Positions 54,037 through 61,229 of a stretch of DNA of 61,229 bases are shown here, piece by piece (the stretch's first letter is position 1; every line of letters begins with the position of its first letter). Under the pieces are notes generated by a model, which was not told the origin of the DNA, made no database searches, and saw only the letters and a list, made by a program, of their open reading frames with translations. Origin of the DNA: Meiothermus sp. (lineage in GTDB: Bacteria; Deinococcota; Deinococci; Deinococcales; Thermaceae); contig JANRLD010000057.1 of NCBI GenBank assembly GCA_033762915.1, forward strand, positions 1 to 61,229, in the 5' to 3' direction. The translations under genes were made by a program, and so were the position numbers.

Positions 54037-55257
54037 ATGACCTTCGATCAAAAACTCGACAAGCTGGCAGAGGTGGCGGTGAAGGTGGGGCTGGGGTTGC
54101 AGGAGGGTCAGGAACTGGTGATGACCGCGCCCATCGAGGCGGTTCCGCTGGTGCGGCTGATCTCCAAACACGCCTACCAGGCCGGGGCCAAGATGGTTAC
54201 GCCGCTCTACGCCGACGATGTCACCGAGCTTATGCGCTACCAGCATGCGCCGGGCGCGGCCTTCGACTACGCCACCGGCTGGCTGTTCGGTGGCATGGCC
54301 GAGGCCTTCAGGAACAACTCGGCCCGCCTGGCCATTTCCGGTACAAACCCCAGCCTGCTTAAGGGCCAGGACCCCGACAAGGTGGCTCGGGCCAACAAGG
54401 CCCGCTCGATGGCCTACCGGCCCGCGCTCGAGCTGATCACCGGCTTCCACATCAACTGGAACATCGTGGCCTACGCCCACCCGGCCTGGGCCGCCCAGGT
54501 CTTCCCTGGCGACCCGAACGGGGTGGACAAGCTGTGGGACGCGATCTTCGCGGCCAGCCGGGTGGACCAGCCCGACCCGGTGGCGGCCTGGGCCGCTCAC
54601 AACGCTGAGCTGCACTCGAGGCGGGCCTACCTCAACGAGAAGCGCTACGCGGCCATCCGCTTCAAGGGCCCCGGAACCGATCTGACCGTTGGGCTGGCCG
54701 ACGACCACATCTGGTCGGGCGGCTCGAGCATCGCCAAGAACGGGATCGTCTGCAACCCCAACATCCCCACCGAGGAGGTCTTCACCACCCCCCACAAGGA
54801 CCGCATCGAGGGCCATGTCAGCAGCACCAAACCTCTGAGCTACCAGGGGACGCTCTTGGAGGACATCTGGGTTCGCTTCGAGAATGGGCGCATCGTGGAG
54901 TCACGGGCCAAGACGGGCGAGTCGGTCCTGGGTAAGGTCTTGGACACCGACGCCGGGGCCCGCAGCCTGGGCGAGATCGCGCTGGTGCCGCACTCCTCGC
55001 CCATCTCGCAGTCGGGCATTCTCTTCTACAACACCCTCTTCGACGAGAATGCCGCCAGCCACATTGCGCTGGGCCAGTCCTACGCCGAGTGCGTGAAGGG
55101 CGGCACCGCCCTGAGCCCCGAGCAACTCGCCGCCAAGGGGGCCAACAGCAGCCTGATCCACATCGACTGGATGATCGGCTCTGGGCAGGTGGACCTCGAG
55201 GGCATCACCCAGGACGGCCGGGCCGAGCCGTTGATGCGGGGGGGCGAATGGGTCTGA
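54037..55257 (+). CDS. Aminopeptidase T/II (peptidase M29), copy 1
   Basis: NIPTEEVFTTP, LGEIALVP, FDENAASHIALG, SLIHIDWMIG. Confidence 0.95.
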   Translation: MTFDQKLDKLAEVAVKVGLGLQEGQELVMTAPIEAVPLVRLISKHAYQAGAKMVTPLYADDVTELMRYQHAPGAAFDYATGWLFGGMAEAFRNNSARLAISGTNPSLLKGQDPDKVARANKARSMAYRPALELITGFHINWNIVAYAHPAWAAQVFPGDPNGVDKLWDAIFAASRVDQPDPVAAWAAHNAELHSRRAYLNEKRYAAIRFKGPGTDLTVGLADDHIWSGGSSIAKNGIVCNPNIPTEEVFTTPHKDRIEGHVSSTKPLSYQGTLLEDIWVRFENGRIVESRAKTGESVLGKVLDTDAGARSLGEIALVPHSSPISQSGILFYNTLFDENAASHIALGQSYAECVKGGTALSPEQLAAKGANSSLIHIDWMIGSGQVDLEGITQDGRAEPLMRGGEWV

Positions 55258-56474
55258 GCTTCGAGGAAAAGCTGGACCGCCTGGCCGAGGTCGCGGTCCA
55301 GGTGGGGGTGGGGCTGCTCCCGGGCCAGAAGCTGGTCGTGACCGGGCACGTCGACGCGCTGCCGCTGATCCACCGGGTGGTAGTGGCGGCCTACCGGGCC
55401 GGCTCGAGGTACGTCCTGACCGACCTCTACGACGACCGCCTGGCCGTGCAGCGCTTCCTACACGCCCCCCGCGACTCCTTCGAGGAGTACCCCACCTTCC
55501 AGATCGAGGCCCGGCTGAAGGCCCTCGACGAGGGCTACGCGCTGCTGTGGGTCGGGGCCGATAACCCCGCGGCCATGAAGGGCCAGGACCCCGAACTGCT
55601 GCGCATCGCCGGCCAGACCCGGGCCAAGCACGCCAAGCCGGTCTCCGACCGCATCGGTCAGTTCGCGGTGAACTGGTGCATCATCGGGGCCGCCTCAAAG
55701 CCCTGGGCCGAGATGGTCTTCCCCGGCGACCCCCAGGCGACCGAAAAGCTGTGGGACGCCATCTTTGCGGCCTCGAGGGCCGACCAGCCCGACCCGGTGG
55801 CGGCCTGGAAGGCCCACACCGAGGCCCTCGAGGCCAGGGTCGCGCTGCTCAACGCCCGTAACTTCAGCGCCCTGCACTTCTGGGGGCCGGGCACCGACCT
55901 AAAGGTGGGGCTGGCCGACGGCCACCTCTGGGCGGGCGGCGCGGGCCGGGCCAAGAACGGCGCGGTCTGTGTGCCCAACATGCCCACCGAGGAGGTCTTC
56001 ACCACCCCCCACCGCGAGCGGGTGGAGGGCGTGGTGACGGCCACCAAGCCCCTGAGCTTCCGGGGGACGCTCCTGGAGAACATCCGCGTGCGCTTCGAGG
56101 GAGGCGTGGTGGTGGAGGCCACCGCCGACCGGGGCGAGGAGGTGCTGCGGGGTCTGCTGGACACCGACGAGGGAGCCCGCCGCCTGGGCGAGGTGGCGCT
56201 GGTGCCCCATAACTCCCCCGTCTCCCGAAGCGGGCTGCTCTTTTACGAAACCCTCTACGACGAGAACGCCGCCAGCCACATCGCCCTGGGCAGCTCCTAC
56301 GACGAGTGCCTTAAAAACTCTGCCGAGATGACCCCGGAGCACAAACAGCAGGCCGGGGCCAACGACAGCCTGATCCACGTGGACTGGATGATCGGCTCGG
56401 ACAAGGTGGACGTGGACGGAATTACCCAGGACGGAAGTGCCGAGCCGCTGATGCGGGGCGGGGAGTGGGTATAG
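55248..56474 (+). CDS. Aminopeptidase T/II (peptidase M29), copy 2
   Basis: NMPTEEVFTTP, LGEVALVP, YDENAASHIALG, SLIHVDWMIG; overlaps copy 1. Confidence 0.95.
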   Translation: MGLSFEEKLDRLAEVAVQVGVGLLPGQKLVVTGHVDALPLIHRVVVAAYRAGSRYVLTDLYDDRLAVQRFLHAPRDSFEEYPTFQIEARLKALDEGYALLWVGADNPAAMKGQDPELLRIAGQTRAKHAKPVSDRIGQFAVNWCIIGAASKPWAEMVFPGDPQATEKLWDAIFAASRADQPDPVAAWKAHTEALEARVALLNARNFSALHFWGPGTDLKVGLADGHLWAGGAGRAKNGAVCVPNMPTEEVFTTPHRERVEGVVTATKPLSFRGTLLENIRVRFEGGVVVEATADRGEEVLRGLLDTDEGARRLGEVALVPHNSPVSRSGLLFYETLYDENAASHIALGSSYDECLKNSAEMTPEHKQQAGANDSLIHVDWMIGSDKVDVDGITQDGSAEPLMRGGEWV

Positions 56475-56638
56475 GGTGGGCAGAGGTAGAGCGTAGAGGG
56501 TGACGGCCTCCCTCACCCACCCTACCAGCCCTTAACCCATTGTGTTCCCGCACTCCCAGACCAACCCCCGTCCTCGGCCACTTTGCCGTCTTCTGACCTG
56601 GAGTCGGGGCAACCCGGGGCCTGGGGCCATTCTGGCGA

Positions 56639-57370
56639 TTACGGGCGGACTTTTCCCGGCAGGCTGAGGTTGTTTGAGGCCACGTCGAACACGTCTACCA
56701 CGCACAGCAAAGGGCTATGCACGTCGGCATTGACCCGCAGCGCCGCTGTCACCCCGTCGTAGGCGAACTCCTTGGGGAAGCCCAGCTCCTTGAGCGGGAC
56801 GCGCACGGTGATGGTCGTGCCGGAGAAGCTGGGCTCGTAGCCGGGGGAGTCTATCAGGATGGGGAGCCTGGGCCAGGTGGCGGGGAGCTTGGGGGTGGTG
56901 CCCTGGGGGATGTCCCGCACCTTGAGGTTGCCCTTGCCGCAGGCATCGTCGGGGACGAGCACCACCCAGTGGCTGTGCCAGAGATCGCCGTCGTTGCCGG
57001 GGTTGCCGTCGTTGTTTTCGTCGAATAGGGGGGTGTCGTCGAAGTCGGGGTGGCTGGTAGCAGCCAGCGCCAGCACGCCCTGTTTGGCCTCGAAGCCGAC
57101 GCTCGAGGAGTCCAGGCTGGTCGGCCAGACGTAGCTGTAGACGCTGCTGCCCGCCAGCTTCCCGGCCGCTGTGGGCCGGACACCGCCCGCCCTGGCGCTC
57201 ACCTGCATGGTGAAGGTGAGCTGGGTGCCCTGGCGGCGCACCTGGGTCTGCACGATGTCGTACTCCGGCTGCTTGGCGTTGCCGCGCTGGGCGCTGATGG
57301 TGGCGGTCTGGGCCAGGGCGATTAGGCCCAGCAGGGCGAGGGCGATACCGACTTGCACACGCTTGTTCAT
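56639..57370 (-). CDS. Exported hypothetical protein (HPDFDDTP / WHSHWVVL motifs)
   Basis: Signal peptide, AAGGAG RBS, coding-like composition. Confidence 0.8.
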   Translation of the reverse strand: MNKRVQVGIALALLGLIALAQTATISAQRGNAKQPEYDIVQTQVRRQGTQLTFTMQVSARAGGVRPTAAGKLAGSSVYSYVWPTSLDSSSVGFEAKQGVLALAATSHPDFDDTPLFDENNDGNPGNDGDLWHSHWVVLVPDDACGKGNLKVRDIPQGTTPKLPATWPRLPILIDSPGYEPSFSGTTITVRVPLKELGFPKEFAYDGVTAALRVNADVHSPLLCVVDVFDVASNNLSLPGKVRP

Positions 57371-57526
57371 AACTTCTCCTTGAGACAATAGAGGGCTTAG
57401 GGGAAGGCCCGCTTTGGAGCTCCCCGCCGGAGGCGGCAACACCTTAGGCCGAGGAGTCAGGGACTTCTCGAGGGGTGTTCTGGGTTGTGGGCCGCACTTA
57501 GGGCGGCGAGCGCGCTTCCTCGAGGT

Positions 57527-58174
57527 TCACTGTGCTGCCTCGAGGAAGCGCGCCCAGTTCTGCGCGACTTGGCCGGGCTCGGTGGCCTGGTGGTCGGGGC
57601 AGTCGAGTTGCAGGTGGGCGTCTCCGAAGGGCTTATCCACGAAGGCGCAGTGGTGCGGCTGAGGTTGGGCGGGGTAGGCGTTGGGGCGGAAGAAACTACA
57701 GCTCACGCACATCCTCGAGGGAATGATCAGCCCGCGCTGTTGGAGCGTGTAGATCATCTTGACCAGGCTGCGCAGGAGGGCGGCTTGCTCGGCCTCGGAC
57801 AATACCTCCACCGTGCTCAGCAAGAAGTCGGGCCACTCCGAGACCTGTTGTGCCTGCTGCCGCCCCGCTGCGGTGAGGCTGACCCGCACCGAGCGGGCAT
57901 CGCTGATGTCGCGCTCGCGCTGAACCAAGCTTTTGTCCTCGAGTGCCTTCACTGAATCGCTCACGGTGGGGAGCTTGACCCCCAGTTGCTCGGCGATTTC
58001 CGAGGGCTTGAGTGCTCCCGAGAGCAGTGAGGCCAGGATTTGCCCCTGTGTCGGAGTCAGCCCCCGTTCTCCTGCCGCTTTCCAGGACTGGTTTTTGAGG
58101 GCCAGACTGATCTTCGACAGACCCGAGACCAGCCGGTTGCGGGTCGGGGTGAGGGTGGTTGGGTCATGGCTCAT
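57527..58174 (-). CDS. MarR-family regulator with C-terminal Cys/His cluster
   Basis: GLTPTQGQIL, PTVSDSVKALE, DARSV; CVSC...HHC...DCPDH. Confidence 0.9.
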   Translation of the reverse strand: MSHDPTTLTPTRNRLVSGLSKISLALKNQSWKAAGERGLTPTQGQILASLLSGALKPSEIAEQLGVKLPTVSDSVKALEDKSLVQRERDISDARSVRVSLTAAGRQQAQQVSEWPDFLLSTVEVLSEAEQAALLRSLVKMIYTLQQRGLIIPSRMCVSCSFFRPNAYPAQPQPHHCAFVDKPFGDAHLQLDCPDHQATEPGQVAQNWARFLEAAQ

Positions 58175-58177
58175 TGC

Positions 58178-58224
58178 TTAGGACTCCTAACTAAAATAAT
58201 GCCCGGTGCCTTGGGGTTTGTCAA
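58178..58224 (-). promoter_or_regulatory. MarR promoter and palindromic operator
   Basis: TTGACA-17 nt-CATTAT; perfect TTAGGA-C-TCCTAA at 58178-58190 covering the RBS. Confidence 0.8.
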
Positions 58225-58285
58225 TAGAGCTGCCGCCCTCGCGACTCGAGGGCGGCAGTGGGTAAAACGTGCATTTTCGTGCAAA

Positions 58286-58657
58286 CTAGGCCGCGTAGCC
58301 GGGGATTTCCTCGAGCCCGAAGTACACCGGAATCCCACGCTCACGGGCGATCCTCACGTCGTTGTCGGCGCCCTTGGAGGTTCCTTCCAGGCGCAGCACC
58401 GCGTCGCAGTGCTGCAAGAGCCGGCCCGCTGTAGGGTGCAAAATTTCTTCATACAACTCGTCCCCCACGCGTTTGCCGCCCGCCGTGTGCCAGATTGGTA
58501 AGGCCACCCACTCCCCGATCATCGGCACGTGACCGGCTTTAAAGATTTCGTAGGAGACGCTCTCGAGCCGCTTCAGATTGTGTGCCATCTTCTCGGGGTC
58601 GTCGCCGGTGCCGGAGCGGTAGGGGCCGGCGATCAGGATCATCATGGGTTTGCTCAT
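58286..58657 (-). CDS. DUF4406-like (nucleoside deoxyribosyltransferase fold) protein
   Basis: ILIAGPYRSG, GHVPMIGEW, CDAVLRLEGTSKGAD. Confidence 0.8.
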   Translation of the reverse strand: MSKPMMILIAGPYRSGTGDDPEKMAHNLKRLESVSYEIFKAGHVPMIGEWVALPIWHTAGGKRVGDELYEEILHPTAGRLLQHCDAVLRLEGTSKGADNDVRIARERGIPVYFGLEEIPGYAA

Positions 58658-58680
58658 GTCATACCTCGAGCCTGAGAATA

Positions 58681-58727
58681 CGTGCAATTACGTGCAAAGT
58701 CAAGCTAAATCATGCAAATCGTGTAAA
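58681..58727. promoter_or_regulatory. Direct-repeat DeoR-type operator
   Basis: CGTGCAA/CGTGCAA/CATGCAA/CGTGTAA at 58681, 58691, 58711, 58720 between divergent genes. Confidence 0.65.
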
Positions 58728-58738
58728 CTCAAGAAGAA

Positions 58739-59494
58739 ATGCTCACCAGCCAGCGCAAGCAACTGATCCTCAGCCGCCTCGCCCAAGAGGGGCAAGTCGT
58801 AGCCAAGACCCTGAGCGCCGAACTCGAGCTCTCCGAGGACACCATCCGGCGGGACCTGCGCGAGCTGGCGGCGGAGGGGCTGTTGCAGCGGGTACACGGC
58901 GGCGCACTGCCCGCCTCGCCCGCGGTGGCGGACTTCGCGGGGCGGCAGCAGCTGGCGACCAGGGGCAAGGTGGCGATCGGGAGGGCCGCCGCCGCGATGG
59001 TGCAGAAGGGGCAGGTGGTGATGCTGGACGGCGGCACGACCGCCGTGCAGGTGGCGCGGCATCTGCCCAAAAGCCTCGAGGCCACCGTCGTCACGCACTC
59101 TCCCAGCGTCGCGGTCGAGTTGGCCCAGCACCCCGAGCTCGAGGTGATCCTGATCGGCGGAAGAATGTTCAAGCACTCGGTGGTGGCGACAGGCGCGACG
59201 GCCCTCGAGCAGATCGGCCGAATCCGCGCCGACCTCTTCTTCATGGGGGTGACCGGCGTTCACCCCAGGGCGGGCCTCACCACCGGGGACTTCGAGGAGG
59301 CCGCGGTCAAGCAGGCCCTCAGCCGCAGCGCCGCCGAGACGGTGGTGCTGGCCTCGGCGGAAAAGATCGGGACGGCCTCGCCCTACGTGGTGGTTCCGCT
59401 CTCGGAGGTGAGCGGCATCATCACCGAGAGGGGCGTGCGCGAGGAACTGCTCGAGCCTTTTGCCGCCCTGGGCATCGCGCTGACCCGTGCCTGA
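58739..59494 (+). CDS. DeoR/GlpR transcriptional regulator
   Basis: SEDTIRRDLRELA...RVHGGA, LDGGTT. Confidence 0.93.
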   Translation: MLTSQRKQLILSRLAQEGQVVAKTLSAELELSEDTIRRDLRELAAEGLLQRVHGGALPASPAVADFAGRQQLATRGKVAIGRAAAAMVQKGQVVMLDGGTTAVQVARHLPKSLEATVVTHSPSVAVELAQHPELEVILIGGRMFKHSVVATGATALEQIGRIRADLFFMGVTGVHPRAGLTTGDFEEAAVKQALSRSAAETVVLASAEKIGTASPYVVVPLSEVSGIITERGVREELLEPFAALGIALTRA

Positions 59495-59495
59495 A

Positions 59496-60350
59496 CTACC
59501 GCCCCAGCACCCTCATCAGCAGGTCGGGCCGGTCGGTGTTGATGCCGTGGACCCCCATCGCCACCAGGCGGCGCATCTCGGCCTCGTCGTTGATGGTCCA
59601 GGGCTGCACGCTCAGGCCCATGCGGTTGGCCATGGCGATAAAGCTGGGCGTCACCACCTCGATGCCGCTGGCCCGCAGCGGCACTTGCAGCGCCCGGCCC
59701 GGCGGGGTGTTCCAGTGCCCGACCCCGAAGAAGTTCATAAACACCAGGGGCCGTATCTCGCTCTCGGTCATGCTGGTCATGACCTCGGGGCAGACCCGGC
59801 GGAACTCCCCCATGGCGCTGTCCCGGAAGCTCGCCACAATCACCTTGTCGGTCATCTTGTAGCGGCGCATGAGGTCGCAGAAGGGCTGGGCCAGGCCATC
59901 GGCCTTCATCTCGATGGTCCAGGGGATGTTGGGGAAAGCCTGGAAGGCTTCCTCGAGGGTCGCCACCCGGATGCCCTGGCCCCTGAACGGGCGCGGGGTG
60001 GCGTCGGTGGCGAACTGCGGCCAGTAGTAGCCCGCGTCCAGGGCCTTGATCTGGGCCAGGGTCAGGTCGCGCACCTTGCCCCTGCCGTCGGTGGTGCGGT
60101 CCACCGAGTCGTCGTGAATGGTCACCAGCACGCCGTCCTTGGTCAGGTGGATGTCGGTGTCCAGCATGTCCACCCCCAGCCGCACCGCCCGCTCGAAGGC
60201 GAACATGGTGTTGCTGGGCCAGACCCCCTCGCCGCCCTGGTGGGCGATCACCCAGACCTTCTGGGGAGTGATGTAGGGGTTGGGGTTGACCGTCGCCGGG
60301 GCGCAGGCCGCCAGGGCCAGGAGCAGGGGAGTCCAGAGCCATTTGTGCAT
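59496..60350 (-). CDS. Glycerophosphodiester phosphodiesterase lipoprotein
   Basis: Lipobox LAAC, IAHQGG, NTMFAF, TKDGVLVTIHD, WTIND, INTDRP. Confidence 0.92.
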   Translation of the reverse strand: MHKWLWTPLLLALAACAPATVNPNPYITPQKVWVIAHQGGEGVWPSNTMFAFERAVRLGVDMLDTDIHLTKDGVLVTIHDDSVDRTTDGRGKVRDLTLAQIKALDAGYYWPQFATDATPRPFRGQGIRVATLEEAFQAFPNIPWTIEMKADGLAQPFCDLMRRYKMTDKVIVASFRDSAMGEFRRVCPEVMTSMTESEIRPLVFMNFFGVGHWNTPPGRALQVPLRASGIEVVTPSFIAMANRMGLSVQPWTINDEAEMRRLVAMGVHGINTDRPDLLMRVLGR

Positions 60351-60455
60351 AGCCCTAGCTTAAAGGTTGACCGCGCCCTCGAGGCTGCCCGCCGTCGGCG
60401 CGAAGCAAAAACGGGGGTGAATTTACCCCCGTGTCAAGCCGAAGTGACCAATTCC

Positions 60456-60499
60456 TGTGGATAACTCTGTGGATAAGTTGTGGATAACTCTGTGGAAAG
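60456..60499. promoter_or_regulatory. DnaA-box cluster
   Basis: Perfect TGTGGATAA at 60456, 60468, 60479 and TGTGGAAAG at 60491. Confidence 0.8.
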
Positions 60500-60514
60500 C
60501 TTTGGAACGGGGTT

Positions 60515-60865
60515 TCACGCGGCGGCCGGCAGGGCCGAGGTGGGCCGCTGGGCCAGGTGCTCGAGCAGCCGCTGGGCGGTCTGGAGGCAGGCGTCGAAGG
60601 CCCGCTGGTTGCGGATGCGCTGGCTCAGCTCGAAGGCCGCCCGCAGGTGCTCCTGGGCCGGCTCGAGCTGGCCGAGCTCGAGCTCGAGGCGGGCCACCCA
60701 CTGCAGGCTGAGGGCGACCCCCGCCGTGTAGCCGACGAACTGGGCCAGGGTGTGGGCCCTCCAGGCCAGCTCGAGGGCCTCCTGGGGCTCGAGGGCCTGG
60801 GCCTGCTCGAGCAGCCAGTCGACCTGTTGGACTTGGCTGAGCTGGGCGGGGGCGGTCAGGGTCAT
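60515..60865 (-). CDS. Small helical TPR-like protein
   Basis: ALELAWRAHTLAQ...GVALSLQWVARLELELGQLEPAQEHL; GAAGG RBS. Confidence 0.65.
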   Translation of the reverse strand: MTLTAPAQLSQVQQVDWLLEQAQALEPQEALELAWRAHTLAQFVGYTAGVALSLQWVARLELELGQLEPAQEHLRAAFELSQRIRNQRAFDACLQTAQRLLEHLAQRPTSALPAAA

Positions 60866-61148
60866 GGCGTTACCTTCCAATTAGGGTAGACAAAGCCGGA
60901 GAAATCTCAGGTCAAAACGCACGAAACTTTCTGGGTTTGCGTTACGCCTGTTTGATAAGCAGTTTGGCCCCGCGCCCCCATTGTCTGGGGGCCGGGCCTT
61001 GCGGCCCCTGGGGCCGACGCCGGCGGGTGAGGGCCGATTAAATGTGGACCTCGAGGCTGTGACTGTGCTGAAATCTGCCGGTCGGGTGCAGGGCAACCGC
61101 AAAGTCGGGTTTTTGGGAGCAACTCCGAAAGCCAGCAGGCTTAACCAT

Positions 61149-61180
61149 GAAGTCCACCCCTACAGCGTAGGGGTGGGTAG
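61149..61180 (+). mobile_element. Hairpin resembling an IS200/IS605 right end
   Basis: GAAGT-CCACCCCTAC-AGC-GTAGGGGTGG-GTAG; terminal TTCAC missing. Confidence 0.35.
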
Positions 61181-61229
61181 GGCGGGGTTTGTTCCGCGCT
61201 GACCCATGTATTCGCTGACTGAATGGGCG

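Noticed and set aside
60456..60499. oriC
   Set aside because: Only 3-4 boxes, no DUE and no dnaA/dnaN in the window; kept as a DnaA-box cluster
60890..60965. c-di-GMP-I riboswitch upstream of the TPR-like gene
   Set aside because: Only GCAAACCC..GAAA resembles it; the second stem and conserved motifs are missing

Overview
High-GC (about 68% by eye) chromosomal window, most likely from a Thermaceae bacterium (Meiothermus/Calidithermus-like). The evidence is split pntAA/pntAB/pntB, many apparently leaderless TANNNT-N6-8-start genes and very frequent CTCGAG. Left to right it holds: a YcaQ-type glycosylase; an E2 acyltransferase remnant; a LacI/FAD-oxidoreductase/sugar-ABC/esterase block ending at a tRNA 3' remnant; a USP, a P1B-4 ATPase and a CsoR-CopZ-DUF305-CopA copper operon; assorted enzymes; ilvE; an ATP-grasp/GNAT fusion; transhydrogenase; glgC; a peptide-ABC/SDR/M20 block; an orphan ParA; ftsH, hemW and tRNA-Ser(CGA); three tandem paralogue pairs; trpBA with an unannotated leaderless attenuator peptide; and MarR/DeoR modules. 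I found no CRISPR, integrase, transposase or defence gene. The most unusual signals are non-coding: (1) HIP1-like over-iteration of CTCGAG in all reading frames, (2) two families of MITE-like dispersed repeats that abut stop codons and nest in each other, (3) heptamer repeats invading UTRs and coding sequences, and (4) a tight cluster of DnaA boxes with no dnaA nearby. All calls are by eye from motifs; no searches were run.
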